Below, piece after piece: positions 5,944 through 15,767 of a DNA stretch of 57,773 bases. This stretch comes from Clostridia bacterium (lineage in GTDB: Bacteria; Bacillota; Clostridia; Christensenellales; Aristaeellaceae): the NCBI GenBank assembly GCA_017436605.1, contig JAFSCW010000125.1:1-57773 (forward strand). Reading direction: 5' to 3'. Both the position numbers and the translations under genes were made by a program. Each line of letters starts with the position of its first letter. The first letter of the stretch is position 1. The notes below the pieces were generated by a model, which was not told the origin of the DNA, did not search any database, and saw only the letters and a list, made by a program, of their open reading frames with translations.

Positions 5944-8700
5944 ATGTTCCGCAAAGCTCTGGCGCTGATGCTGTGCCTGTGCATGGCATGCTCATTCGCC
6001 CTTGCCGAAGAGCTTCCGGTGGAAACGGCTGTTGAAGCCGTCGCCGAAGAAGCCCCCATCGAAGAAGCTCCTGCAGAAGAAGCTCCTGCCGAAGAGGCTC
6101 CTGTCGAAGAAGCTCCTGTCGAGGAGGCTCCCGTCGAGGAGGCTCCCGTCGAGGAGGCTCCCGTCGAGGAAGCTCCTGCCGAGGAAGCTCCTGTCGAGGA
6201 GGCTCCCGTCGAGGAGGCTCCCGTCGAAGAGGCTCCCGTCGAGGAGGCTCCTGTCGAGGAGGCTCCCGTCGAGGAGGCTCCCGCTGAGGAGCTGCCCGTG
6301 ATCGATGAGCTTCCCGCCATCGAAGAAATGCCTGAAGAAGACGAATCTTCCGACGAAATCCCGGCTGAGGAAGACGCCGTGACGGAGGAAGACGCCGTAC
6401 TCCCCGAGGAAGATCTGCTGCCGGCGATCGATGAAGAGGTCATCGCCGAGGAGGTTATCGTCGGTGAAGCCGAGCTTCCCGTTTACAGCGCGACCAGCGG
6501 CAAATGGAACGGCCTGTCCTGGACATATGCCGACAAGGTTCTGACCATCACCGGCTCCGGCGATATGGAGACCGGCGATACCGATTATCCGTGGGCGGAT
6601 CTGGCAGCGTCTGTCAAGGAAATCCGGATCGGCGATTATGTGACCGGTATCGGTCGGTACGCATTCCAGAATTTCACGTATCTGAAAACGCTGGTTCTCG
6701 GTTCCCGCGTAACCCAGATCTACGATTACGCCTTCTACGGATGTGAGAGTCTCAGCGAGGTAAACTTCGCCTCCGCCGCCAAGCTGGAAATCATCGGCAG
6801 TGCCGCATTTTATAACTGCAACAATCTGGAGAACATCGTGTTCCCTTCCAGTCTGAAGATGCTCCACGCGAACGCCTTTGCCGAATGCGACTATCTGACC
6901 TCCGTAACGCTGCCCGATAATCTCGAATACATCGGCTACAGCGTATTCATGAACTGCGGCTGGCTGCGCGGCCATGTGACCATTCCTGCGACCGTCACGA
7001 AGTTCTATGATACCGCATTCTACGGCACCAATCTCTCCAGCGTCACCATCAACGCAAACTGCGCAATTCCCAAGCAGGCCTTCTATCTCTGCGACTCGCT
7101 GACTACCGTGACCTTCGGCAGCGGCGTAACCGGAATCGGCGAATCCGCATTTGAAAACTGTACGGCGCTGACAGACGTCAACATCCCCGGCACCGTCAAA
7201 ACCATCGGCCAAAGCGCTTTTGAAGGCTGCACCTCCATGGCCAACCTGACCCTGAACGAGGGTCTGAATGAGATCGGCTACGAGGCCTTTTATCTTTCCG
7301 GCATCACCTCGCTCACGCTGCCCAGCACGGTTACCTACATCAACGATAAAGCCTTCGTTTCCTGCAGGTCGCTCAAGACGGTCGATATGAGCAAGCTCGT
7401 CCAGTGCACGCTGCGTCCGAGCCTCTTTGTCGGCTGCACCGCGCTGACCACCGCCAACCTTGGCGCCGCCTGCATCACGGGCATCCCGTCGTATTGCTTC
7501 GAATCCTGCAAGTCCCTGACCGACATCACCTGGCCGCCGAACCTGACCATCATCAGCAACAACGCATTCCAGGCCTGCCCGGGACCTGCCTCCATCGTGC
7601 TGCCCTCCTCCGTGACAACGATTTCTGCCTACGCTTTCAGCGGATGCAGCAATGTGAAGAGCGTCACGCTCGGCAAGAATATCGAAAGCCTCGGTTACGG
7701 CGCCTTCAACTGCTCTGCGCTGGAAGAGCTCACCATCTACAGCGCTGACGCAGAAATGAACTACATGTGCCTCACCGGCTCCAAGGCGCTGACGATCTAC
7801 GGCTATGCCGGCTCCACGGCCGATGTATACGCCTCGGAGAACGGCATCAACTTCGTCGAGCTTTCCGGCTCCATGGCCGCGCCCGACGCCCCCGTCCTCT
7901 CCCGCATTCAGAACACGACCTCCGGTATCCGCATCACCTGGAAGCCTGTCGCCGGCGCGACGCATTACGCCGTCCTGCGCACGACGAGCGAAACCGGAAC
8001 GGGCTATCTCACGATCAAGGATTCCGTGACCTCGACCAGCTTCGACGACAAGAACGTCCTCACCGGCAAAACCTATCGCTACGTCGTTATGGCCTACAAC
8101 GGCGCGATCGATTCCGCGTATTCCAATGAGCTGTCCCTCGTCCATGTCGCCTCGATCGCCCTGCCCACCTGCACCAACAGCCTCGCCGGCATCAAGCTGA
8201 GCTGGAAGCTGAGCGAAAATGCGACCGGCTATGCGCTCTTCCGCAAGAACATTACCGACGGCGAAAACTGGAAGCGCATCAAGACCGTATCCGCCAGCAC
8301 GAGCTCGTATACCGACTCCGTCGTGTGCAACAGCCAGGGCAAGGCATATCAGTATCAGGTCCGCGCGCTCTACGGTACAGAGCTCGCTGCCTCCCGCTCC
8401 GCCGGAACCGGCATCCTGCGCATCAAGGGGCCGACGCTGCGCAGCGCCGAGGTCGCGGGCAAGAACGCCATCAAATGTACATGGTCCACGTCCAAGACCG
8501 TCGAGGGCTACCAGATCCGGTTCTATGCAGACGCTTCCTATCAGCGTATGTTCCAGATCAATACCGCCTCGACCTTCAAAAAGACCTTCACCGGCCTGCG
8601 CTCCGGCGTGACGTACAAGGTTCAGGTTCGTTCCTTCCAGTCCTACGAGGGTGTGAACCACTATTCCGCCTGGTCCTCTGCGATCAACCTCGAGCTGTAA
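5944..8700 (+). CDS. Secreted BspA-type leucine-rich-repeat protein with an acidic (EEAPV)n spacer and three C-terminal Fn3-like domains (paralog 1)
   Basis: Signal peptide MFRKALALMLCLCMACSFALA. Many repeats of about 23 aa of the form IP.SVT.IG..AF..C..L. The C-terminal modules contain motifs such as ...G.T.Y.V.A.N. RBS GGAAG precedes ATG 5944, and this start is shared with paralog 2. Confidence 0.9.
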   Translation: MFRKALALMLCLCMACSFALAEELPVETAVEAVAEEAPIEEAPAEEAPAEEAPVEEAPVEEAPVEEAPVEEAPVEEAPAEEAPVEEAPVEEAPVEEAPVEEAPVEEAPVEEAPAEELPVIDELPAIEEMPEEDESSDEIPAEEDAVTEEDAVLPEEDLLPAIDEEVIAEEVIVGEAELPVYSATSGKWNGLSWTYADKVLTITGSGDMETGDTDYPWADLAASVKEIRIGDYVTGIGRYAFQNFTYLKTLVLGSRVTQIYDYAFYGCESLSEVNFASAAKLEIIGSAAFYNCNNLENIVFPSSLKMLHANAFAECDYLTSVTLPDNLEYIGYSVFMNCGWLRGHVTIPATVTKFYDTAFYGTNLSSVTINANCAIPKQAFYLCDSLTTVTFGSGVTGIGESAFENCTALTDVNIPGTVKTIGQSAFEGCTSMANLTLNEGLNEIGYEAFYLSGITSLTLPSTVTYINDKAFVSCRSLKTVDMSKLVQCTLRPSLFVGCTALTTANLGAACITGIPSYCFESCKSLTDITWPPNLTIISNNAFQACPGPASIVLPSSVTTISAYAFSGCSNVKSVTLGKNIESLGYGAFNCSALEELTIYSADAEMNYMCLTGSKALTIYGYAGSTADVYASENGINFVELSGSMAAPDAPVLSRIQNTTSGIRITWKPVAGATHYAVLRTTSETGTGYLTIKDSVTSTSFDDKNVLTGKTYRYVVMAYNGAIDSAYSNELSLVHVASIALPTCTNSLAGIKLSWKLSENATGYALFRKNITDGENWKRIKTVSASTSSYTDSVVCNSQGKAYQYQVRALYGTELAASRSAGTGILRIKGPTLRSAEVAGKNAIKCTWSTSKTVEGYQIRFYADASYQRMFQINTASTFKKTFTGLRSGVTYKVQVRSFQSYEGVNHYSAWSSAINLEL
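6046..6300 (+). repeat. Seventeen in-frame 15-bp tandem repeats encoding EEAP(V/A/I)
   Basis: GAAGAGGCTCCCGTC-type units are directly visible in the sequence. Confidence 0.95.
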
Positions 8701-8712
8701 TCACGATGCTCT

Positions 8713-8742
8713 GCCCCGCTTCCCTGTGAAGCGGGGCTTTTT
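8713..8742 (+). terminator. Intrinsic terminator
   Basis: GCCCCGCTTC-CCTGT-GAAGCGGGGC followed by TTTTT. The stem is the same as at 12072-12096. Confidence 0.85.
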
Positions 8743-8774
8743 GCATAAATGTAATCGGAAACAGATTCTCTTCA

Positions 8775-8803
8775 TTGCCTCAAAACAAACCATATGCTAT
8801 AAT
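8775..8803 (+). promoter_or_regulatory. Promoter of LRR paralog 2
   Basis: TTGCCT, 17-nt spacer ending TGC, TATAAT. Confidence 0.6.
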
Positions 8804-8868
8804 TAAACCATCACTTGGAAACTGTACAGCTTTATAACTGTATGATCCAAAGAAAAGGAAGGGTCAAT

Positions 8869-11800
8869 ATGTTCCGCAAAGCGCTTTCGCTGATGCTGTG
8901 CCTGTGCATGCTGCTTACCTCCATGCCGGCATATTCCATCTCCCTTGCCGAGGAACTTACGGGCGATCCGGCTGTCGAGGCCGTCGCCGAGGAAGCTTCC
9001 GTCGAAGAGGAGCCTGTTAAGGAAGAGCCCGTCGAGGAAGAGCCCGTCGAAGAAGAGCCCGTCGAAGAAGAGCCCGTCGACGAAGAACCCATCGAGGAGG
9101 AGCTCGTCGAAGAGGAGCCCGTTAACGAGGCGCCTGTCGAAGAAGAGCCTGTCGAAGAGGAGCCTGTCGAAGAAGAACCTGTCGAAGAAGAACCTGTCGA
9201 AGAGAAGCCTGTCGAAGAGGAGCCTGTCGAAGGGGAGCCTGTCGAAGAGGAGCCTGTCGAAGAGGAGCCTGTCGAAGAGGACCCTGTCGAAGAGGAGCCT
9301 GTCGAAGAGGAGCCTGTCGAAGGGGAGCCTGTCGAAGAGGAGCCTGTCGAAGAGGACCCTGTCGAAGAGGAGCCTGTCGAGGAGGACCCTGTTAACGAGG
9401 AGCCTACTGAAGAAGTCCCAGTCGAAGAAGATCTGCCTGTGATCGAGGAGCTCCCCGATGACGAAGCGACCGAAGGTTCCACAGAGCAGCCCGGCGAGAC
9501 TACCGATGAAGACACGCCCGAAATCACTGACGAAACCGAAAACATAGAAGAAGTGACCCCCGAAACGGAGGAAGAGCTGCTGCCCGAGATCGACGAAGAG
9601 CTGGTCATCGGCGAAGGCGAACTCGTCTATTACGACGCTGCCAATGGCACGTGGGGCGATCACACCTGGACGCTCAGCGGCAGCACGCTGACAATCTCCG
9701 GTTCCGGTGCGCTCAAGAGCGCCTACTCCGGCAACTACCCCTGGTCGGCCTACGAAGGCCAGGTCACCAAGCTCGTGATCGGCAACTACGTCACCAGCAT
9801 CCCGCAGTATGCCTTTGAGGATTTCGCTGTCCTGACCACCCTGACGCTCGGCACCGGATTGACCAGCATCGGCAACTACGCCTTCGACAGCTGTACCAAT
9901 CTGCCGTCCGTGACCGTCCCCAAGAGCGTCACCGCGATCAACAAATACGCCTTCAACAACTGCAGCAACCTCAGCAGCGTTTCCTTTGCCTCCGGCTCCA
10001 AGCTCGCGAGCATCGGCAACTACGCTTTCTACGGCTGCCGCAACATCATCGCGCTCAGCTTCCCGGATGCGCTGACCACCATCGGCGAGGGCAGCTTCCA
10101 GAACTGCACCAACCTGATCTCCGTGACCTTCGGTTCCAAGATCAATTCGATCGGCTACGATGCCTTCAACAACTGCGACGCGCTCTCCGCGCTCGATTTC
10201 CCCTCCAGCCTTCGCACGATCAACAGCTACGCTTTCTATGACTGCGATAATCTGCTCTCCGTCGTCCTGCCCTATGGCCTTAAGACGATCGGCAGCTATG
10301 CCTTCTGCAACTGCGAAAAGCTGACCGGCACGGTAAAGATTCCCGGCTCCGTGACCTCCTGGGGCAATTATTCCTTCCAGAATACCGGCGTCACGACCGC
10401 GAACATCTACGCCGCCTGCAAGATTCCGAATTACGCCTTCAACAATTGCACTTCGCTGGCAACGCTGGTCATCAGCGGCAACGTCACCGGCGTCGGCGAA
10501 GGCGCATTCCAGTACAACACCCGCCTGAAGAAGGTCAATCTGCCTGCGACCGTCACCTCTGTCGGTTATGGTGCATTCAGAGATTGTACCGCGCTGGCGA
10601 CGCTGACCTGCTCCACCGGCCTTGTTTCCATCGATGGCTACGCGTTCCATAATACGCCCATCACCTCGCTGAAGCTGCCCAGCACCGTCACCAGCCTGGG
10701 TACCTATTGTTTCAGCAACTGTACTGCACTGAAGACCGTTACCCTGAGCAGCGGCCTGACCTCCATTCCCAGCAACGCTTTTCTGGACTGCACCGCGCTG
10801 ACCACCGTCACGCTGGGCAACAACATCAACAGCATCGGCAACGCCGCGTTCTACAACTGCAGCGCCCTGAGCAGCATCAACTGGCCGACGAACCTCAATT
10901 CCATCGGCCAGAACGCGTTCTACAACTGCGACGGCCTGGTGTCGATCACCTTCCCCAGCGCACTCAATACGATCAAGTACGGCGCTTTCCGTTACTGCGA
11001 CAACCTCAAGAGCGTCACGCTCGCGCAGAATGTCAATACCATCGAAGGCTATGCGTTTGCCAACTGCCCGAAGCTGACCTCCTTCAAGAACTACAGCGCC
11101 AACACCACCTACAACAACTATGCCTTCTCCAGCTCCACCGGCGTTACGCTCTACGGCTTCTCGGGCTCCACGACCGAAACGCACGCTTCCAGCAAGGGAC
11201 TTGCCTTCTCTCCCATCACCACGCTGGAAACCCCGACGAACAAGAAGATCCAGAACGTCGTCACCGGCATCCGCCTCTATTGGAACTACGTCCCCGGCGC
11301 AACCTATTATTCCGTATGGCGTTCGACCTCCTCCAGCGGCAGCTATACCAAGATCGCCGATTACGTCACGTCGCTGCTCTATGTCGATACGACAGTGTCC
11401 AGCGTAAGAACCTATTTCTACAAGGTCAAGGCGCACAACGCGCAGGCCAGCTCCGGCTATTCCGCCGTGCAGTCCCAGACCTACGTCGGCACGCCCGACA
11501 TCACTTCCCGCACCAATAAAGCCGCCGGCATCAGTATCGGCTGGAATCAGATTTCCGGCGCGACCGGCTATGCAGTCTACCGCAAGCCCTATTCCGGGGA
11601 CTATGCCTGGCAGCGTGTGGCAACGATTTCCGGCGGCAGCACCCTGACCTGGACCGACACCAGCGTCAAGAGCGAAAACGGCACGATCTACAAGTATACC
11701 GTCCGCGGTCTGTACGGTTCCGTCCTCTCGGGCAGCCGTCCTGCCGGCCGCACCATGGTTCGCCTGCAGAGCCTGACGCTCAAGAGCGTCGCCAAGTCGG

Positions 11801-12045
11801 GCACGACCTCCGTCAAGTGTACCTGGACCCCCACCACCGCTGCAGACGGCTATCAGGTGCGCTTTATGGCAGACGGCGTGGCAACCAAAACCTTCAAGGT
11901 AACCAGCAACTCGATCTCCTCCAAATCCTTCGGCGGCCTGACGGCGGGTAAGCGCTATAAGATTCAGGTTCGCTCCTTCAAGAAGGTCGACGGCGTTGGC
12001 ACATTCAATTCCGCCTGGTCCTCCGCACTGTATCTCGATCTGTAA
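8869..12045 (+). CDS. Secreted BspA-type LRR protein with an (EEEPV)n spacer and three Fn3-like domains (paralog 2)
   Basis: Same architecture as 5944-8700. The first 45 nt or so of the CDS and the RBS context are nearly identical to paralog 1, while the body is much more diverged. Confidence 0.9.
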   Translation: MFRKALSLMLCLCMLLTSMPAYSISLAEELTGDPAVEAVAEEASVEEEPVKEEPVEEEPVEEEPVEEEPVDEEPIEEELVEEEPVNEAPVEEEPVEEEPVEEEPVEEEPVEEKPVEEEPVEGEPVEEEPVEEEPVEEDPVEEEPVEEEPVEGEPVEEEPVEEDPVEEEPVEEDPVNEEPTEEVPVEEDLPVIEELPDDEATEGSTEQPGETTDEDTPEITDETENIEEVTPETEEELLPEIDEELVIGEGELVYYDAANGTWGDHTWTLSGSTLTISGSGALKSAYSGNYPWSAYEGQVTKLVIGNYVTSIPQYAFEDFAVLTTLTLGTGLTSIGNYAFDSCTNLPSVTVPKSVTAINKYAFNNCSNLSSVSFASGSKLASIGNYAFYGCRNIIALSFPDALTTIGEGSFQNCTNLISVTFGSKINSIGYDAFNNCDALSALDFPSSLRTINSYAFYDCDNLLSVVLPYGLKTIGSYAFCNCEKLTGTVKIPGSVTSWGNYSFQNTGVTTANIYAACKIPNYAFNNCTSLATLVISGNVTGVGEGAFQYNTRLKKVNLPATVTSVGYGAFRDCTALATLTCSTGLVSIDGYAFHNTPITSLKLPSTVTSLGTYCFSNCTALKTVTLSSGLTSIPSNAFLDCTALTTVTLGNNINSIGNAAFYNCSALSSINWPTNLNSIGQNAFYNCDGLVSITFPSALNTIKYGAFRYCDNLKSVTLAQNVNTIEGYAFANCPKLTSFKNYSANTTYNNYAFSSSTGVTLYGFSGSTTETHASSKGLAFSPITTLETPTNKKIQNVVTGIRLYWNYVPGATYYSVWRSTSSSGSYTKIADYVTSLLYVDTTVSSVRTYFYKVKAHNAQASSGYSAVQSQTYVGTPDITSRTNKAAGISIGWNQISGATGYAVYRKPYSGDYAWQRVATISGGSTLTWTDTSVKSENGTIYKYTVRGLYGSVLSGSRPAGRTMVRLQSLTLKSVAKSGTTSVKCTWTPTTAADGYQVRFMADGVATKTFKVTSNSISSKSFGGLTAGKRYKIQVRSFKKVDGVGTFNSAWSSALYLDL
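8989..9423 (+). repeat. About 29 in-frame 15-bp tandem repeats encoding (E/D/K/G)E(E/D)PV-type units
   Basis: GAAGAGGAGCCTGTC-type units with higher-order repetition, for example 9226-9300 against 9301-9360. Confidence 0.95.
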
Positions 12046-12071
12046 CCCTTGGTATCCAGATAAACGGTACT

Positions 12072-12101
12072 GCCCCGCTTCATCATGAAGCGGGGCTTTT
12101 C
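12072..12101 (+). terminator. Intrinsic terminator
   Basis: GCCCCGCTTC-ATCAT-GAAGCGGGGC followed by TTTTCTTC. Confidence 0.85.
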
Positions 12102-12192
12102 TTCGCTCGTTGGGGCTTGCACGCCAGCCAAAGAAGCTGTACAATGATACCGAACACGTTCTACCCATCGCATGACACCACCGGAGGGCATC

Positions 12193-13371
12193 ATGAATTA
12201 TCGTTCAGACAGATATGGCAATCCCATTTCCATGCTCGGCTTCGGCTGCATGCGCCTGCCCATGAAGCTCGGGCGCATCGACATGCCGGAGGCCGAGCGC
12301 GAGATCATGGCGGCCATCCATGCGGGCGTCAATTACTTCGATACCGCCTATATCTACCCGGGCAGCGAAGCCGCGCTCGGCGAAATCCTCGAAAAAAACG
12401 GCATGCGCGATCGCGTGAACATCGCCACGAAGCTCCCGCATTACCTGATCCGCAGCCGCGAGGGCATGGACAAGCTCTTCAGCGAGGAGCTGCGCCGCCT
12501 GCGCACCGATCACGTCGATTACTACCTCATGCACATGCTCACCGACGTCAAGACCTGGGAGCGGCTGAAGGCGATCGGCATCCTCGAATGGCTCGAGGAA
12601 AAGAAAAAAAGCGGCGCCATCCGTCAGGTCGGTTTCTCGTACCACGGCAATTCCGACATGTTCTGCCGGCTCATCGACTGCCATAACTGGGATTTCTGCC
12701 TGATCCAGTACAACTACATGGATGAACACTCTCAGGCGGGCAGGCGCGGGCTGCATTACGCGAACAGCAGGGGACTCCCCGTCTTCATCATGGAACCGCT
12801 GCGCGGCGGCAAGCTCGTCAGCCGCCTGCCCGAGGAAGCCCGACGCATCTTCGCCGGCCACGCCGTGCAGCACAGCCCTGCGCAGTGGGCCTTCCGCTGG
12901 CTCTATAACCAGCCCGAGGTGACCTGCGTGCTCTCCGGCATGAACTCGATGGACATGGTGATGGACAACATCCAGACCGCCTCCAGCGCGTCCGTCGGCG
13001 AACTGACCCCGCAAGACGAGGAGATGCTCTCCCGCGTGGTGAAGGCCATCAACGCCAAAATGAAGGTCGGTTGTACGGGCTGCGGCTACTGCGTCCCCTG
13101 CCCGAAGCACGTCGATATTCCCGGAACATTTGCCAGCTACAACCGGCTGTACTCCGAAAGCCGATTCTGGGGAAAAATCGACTACATCATCTGCACGCTG
13201 CTGCGCAGGACGAATTCCGGCGCGTCCAACTGCGTCGGCTGCGGCAAATGCGAAATGCACTGCCCGCAGCACATCGCCATCCGGCAGGAGCTCAAAAACG
13301 CGGAGCGCGCCCTCGAAGGCCCGCTGTACCGCGCCGCGCGCACGCTGCTCAAAAAGCTCAAGCTCTTCTGA
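12193..13371 (+). CDS. Aldo/keto reductase with a C-terminal 4Fe-4S ferredoxin-type domain
   Basis: MNYRSDRYGNPISMLGFGCMRLP is an AKR N-terminus. CTGCGYCVPCP and CVGCGKCEMHCP are cluster motifs. RBS GGAGGG precedes ATG 12193. Confidence 0.85.
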   Translation: MNYRSDRYGNPISMLGFGCMRLPMKLGRIDMPEAEREIMAAIHAGVNYFDTAYIYPGSEAALGEILEKNGMRDRVNIATKLPHYLIRSREGMDKLFSEELRRLRTDHVDYYLMHMLTDVKTWERLKAIGILEWLEEKKKSGAIRQVGFSYHGNSDMFCRLIDCHNWDFCLIQYNYMDEHSQAGRRGLHYANSRGLPVFIMEPLRGGKLVSRLPEEARRIFAGHAVQHSPAQWAFRWLYNQPEVTCVLSGMNSMDMVMDNIQTASSASVGELTPQDEEMLSRVVKAINAKMKVGCTGCGYCVPCPKHVDIPGTFASYNRLYSESRFWGKIDYIICTLLRRTNSGASNCVGCGKCEMHCPQHIAIRQELKNAERALEGPLYRAARTLLKKLKLF

Positions 13372-13424
13372 TCGGCCCGCAGCGCAGCGCTTTGCCGCCG
13401 CATGCTGAAAATGCAAACGCACAC

Positions 13425-13454
13425 AGGCCCTCTTCCCTTGCGGGAAGAGGGCCT
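13425..13454. terminator. Hairpin between convergent genes, a likely bidirectional terminator
   Basis: AGGCCCTCTTCCC-TTGC-GGGAAGAGGGCCT, with T-rich tracts a few nt away on both strands. Confidence 0.6.
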
Positions 13455-13478
13455 GCACGTTCTGTTTTTCAAATCGGA

Positions 13479-14546
13479 TCAGTCGTCCACGCCGAAGACA
13501 TATACCGTCGTCGTGTCGTATTTCTCGCCCGGCCTGAGAATCGTCGTGCCGGTGAACTGCGGGTTGTTCGGGGAATCCGGGAAGTGCTGCGTCTCCAGGC
13601 ACAGTCCGGCATACTTGCCATAGTGCACGCCGCCCTTGCCGCCGGCAATATCGGTCTGGCAGCCGGAATACAGCTGGACGCCCGGCTGATCGGTAATGAC
13701 TTCCATCGTGCGTCCGCTTTCCGGATCGATCATGAACGCAGCGGTGCCGAAGGCCTCGCCCTTGCGCAGGACGAAGTTATGATCGTAGCCGCCGGCATAC
13801 TTGAGCTGCGGATGGTTTTCGGTCTCATCCAGGCCGACGCCCAGCAGCAGACCGCCGCGCAGATCAAACGGCGTGCCGGCCACAGGCATATACGCGCCGG
13901 TCGGAATCAGGCCGCCGTCCACCACCGGGGTGATCGCATCCGCGTCGATATGCAGCACCTGATCGCAGATGGTGCCGTGATCATGGCCGGCAAGGTTGAA
14001 GTAGGTGTGGTTGGTCATGTTGCAGTGGGTCGTCTTGTCCGTCGTCGCCTCATAGCGGATGCTCAGGTGGTTGTCCTCGCTCCAGCTGTAGGTCACCGTC
14101 ACATCGAGCGTGCCCGGGTAGTTCTCCTCGCCGTCGGCGCTGACATAATGCATCTTCAGCTGATCCTCAAACATGCCCTCGACCGGCGTGATCGCCCACA
14201 TTTTCTGGCTGAAGCCGACGTTGCCACCGTGCAGGTGGTTCTTGCCGTTGTTGAGCGCAAGCTGATAGGTCACGCCTTCGAGCGTAAAGCGGCCTTCCGC
14301 AATGCGGTTGCCATAGCGGCCGACGGTATCGCCCATGCAGCCATGATCGGCGAGATAGCCGTCGATGGTATCAAAGCCGAGCGCGACGTCGGCGAGCTTG
14401 CCGTTCTTATCCGGGACAAGGATGTTGGTGACGATTCCGCCGTAATCGATCACGCTGACGGACGCACCGGACGTATTGGTCATCGTATACTGGGTGACGG
14501 CGTCTCCGGCCTTCGTCTGGCCGAAGGGCTTCTTGGTAATGGCCAT
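13479..14546 (-). CDS. galM: Aldose 1-epimerase (galactose mutarotase)
   Basis: ...GRYGNRIAEGRFTLEGVTYQLALNNGKNHLHGG... are mutarotase motifs. RBS GAAGGAG precedes ATG 14546; the upstream ATG in the ORF track contains that RBS. Confidence 0.9.
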   Translation of the reverse strand: MAITKKPFGQTKAGDAVTQYTMTNTSGASVSVIDYGGIVTNILVPDKNGKLADVALGFDTIDGYLADHGCMGDTVGRYGNRIAEGRFTLEGVTYQLALNNGKNHLHGGNVGFSQKMWAITPVEGMFEDQLKMHYVSADGEENYPGTLDVTVTYSWSEDNHLSIRYEATTDKTTHCNMTNHTYFNLAGHDHGTICDQVLHIDADAITPVVDGGLIPTGAYMPVAGTPFDLRGGLLLGVGLDETENHPQLKYAGGYDHNFVLRKGEAFGTAAFMIDPESGRTMEVITDQPGVQLYSGCQTDIAGGKGGVHYGKYAGLCLETQHFPDSPNNPQFTGTTILRPGEKYDTTTVYVFGVDD

Positions 14547-14634
14547 GCTGATACACTCCTTCATCTGATGAATTCAAAAGCAGATTCTGCTGATTTCCAT
14601 TCTATCTTCTATTCTACCCGCGATTGCCGTCTTG

Positions 14635-15708
14635 TCAAGCGGACTTTCGCCCCTTTTGGCCGCCGCGTCCCGCAAGCGCAGCGACAAACGCAAGCCCGAT
14701 CAGCAGCACTGCCGTCCAGAGCGCCGCCCCCTGCGGAGACTGGATGGGCATGCTCCACGGAATCACGCTCTTTGCCGACAGCACAGGTACAATACCGCGT
14801 CCTGCAAGGGTAAAAATCACGAGATTGCTCGCGAGCAGCATATACAGCGACGCGCCGCCAAGGCCTGCCAGCAGGCGTTCCGGCAGGCGGATAACCGACT
14901 CCACCGCGCGCACGCCAAAGTCCGGCAAGGCGCAGATCAGCCGCCCGACAAGGACGACGGCAGCGACCAGCGCGCCCGGCAGGAGAATCCATCCCCAGCT
15001 CGGCGGAAAGCGATTCGGGAAGCCAAAGAGCTTCCAATATGCTGCGCCTGCTGCAGAACAAAGAACCGCCAAAACGAGAAAGCCTGCCTTCGTTCGTCTG
15101 CTTCCCCGCGCATAGACCATGCCGGCAAGGAAATACGGCAGATACTGCACGATCGGGAAATACGAAAAGTCCCGCCCGCCAATCAGCAGTGCCAGGCGCG
15201 TCGGCACGCTGCCATAGGGCACAAGCTCGCAGCAGGCAATGCACAGAACGCCCGCAAACAGACAGGCCAGCGGCTTGCGGCTCATCCAGTCAAAGACGGC
15301 ATAGCCCACCATCAGAAGCAGTGCATAGAGGGCAAACGCAATCAGGAATTCCGACCAGCCAGGGATATCCGTCAGCTGCAGCACGCGGCGTGCCGTACCC
15401 ACGGCAAGGGGCTTTCCCTCGCGCAGGACGCGATACCCGACGCCGGAAAGCACAAACGCTGCATACGCGCGCAGGCATGTCCTGACCATGCCCGGCAGCG
15501 CGCTCAGATAGGGCTTGTTCAGATACGCCATCGCCGCTGTCGCGCCAAAATAGAACACAAACGACGGGAATACGGTCAGGTTGATCGCATTCATCAGGTC
15601 ATGCTCAATCGCAAACAGCTGCGCATCGCCGAAAAACTGCAGCACGTGGCAGTAGACCATCAGAATGACCAGCAGCCCGCGGCCTACGTCAATGGATCTG
15701 TCTCGCAT
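14635..15708 (-). CDS. Integral-membrane acyltransferase-3/DUF1624-like protein
   Basis: MRDRSIDVGRGLLVILMVYCHV... is an N-terminus typical of membrane O-acyltransferases. About 10 hydrophobic segments. Confidence 0.6.
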   Translation of the reverse strand: MRDRSIDVGRGLLVILMVYCHVLQFFGDAQLFAIEHDLMNAINLTVFPSFVFYFGATAAMAYLNKPYLSALPGMVRTCLRAYAAFVLSGVGYRVLREGKPLAVGTARRVLQLTDIPGWSEFLIAFALYALLLMVGYAVFDWMSRKPLACLFAGVLCIACCELVPYGSVPTRLALLIGGRDFSYFPIVQYLPYFLAGMVYARGSRRTKAGFLVLAVLCSAAGAAYWKLFGFPNRFPPSWGWILLPGALVAAVVLVGRLICALPDFGVRAVESVIRLPERLLAGLGGASLYMLLASNLVIFTLAGRGIVPVLSAKSVIPWSMPIQSPQGAALWTAVLLIGLAFVAALAGRGGQKGRKSA

Positions 15709-15726
15709 AGGACAATATACCTCTTT

Positions 15727-15767
15727 TACGAAAAGAACCGCGCAGTCCTCAGGGCCGCGCGGTTCTT
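15727..15767 (-). terminator. Terminator of the GH2 / sugar-ABC operon
   Basis: Minus strand: AAGAACCGCGC-13 nt-GCGCGGTTCTT followed by TTCGTAAAA. Confidence 0.75.

Noticed and set aside
6046-9423. 15-bp tandem arrays as a CRISPR or non-coding satellite
   Set aside because: The units are contiguous with no spacers, stay in frame, and encode the EEAPV/EEEPV stalk of the LRR proteins.
5992-12168. Very long antisense or alternative-frame ORFs. Examples: 5992-8661 (889 aa), 8803-12168 (1121 aa), 4154-5356, 12205-13602, 13071-14813, 19750-21624, 36309-39152, 44041-46350 and 47877-50387.
   Set aside because: They mirror well-supported genes on the other strand. Their products are low-complexity and rich in Arg, Ala, Gly and Asp, as expected from stop-codon depletion in GC-rich DNA. 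They also lack ribosome-binding sites and recognisable domains.
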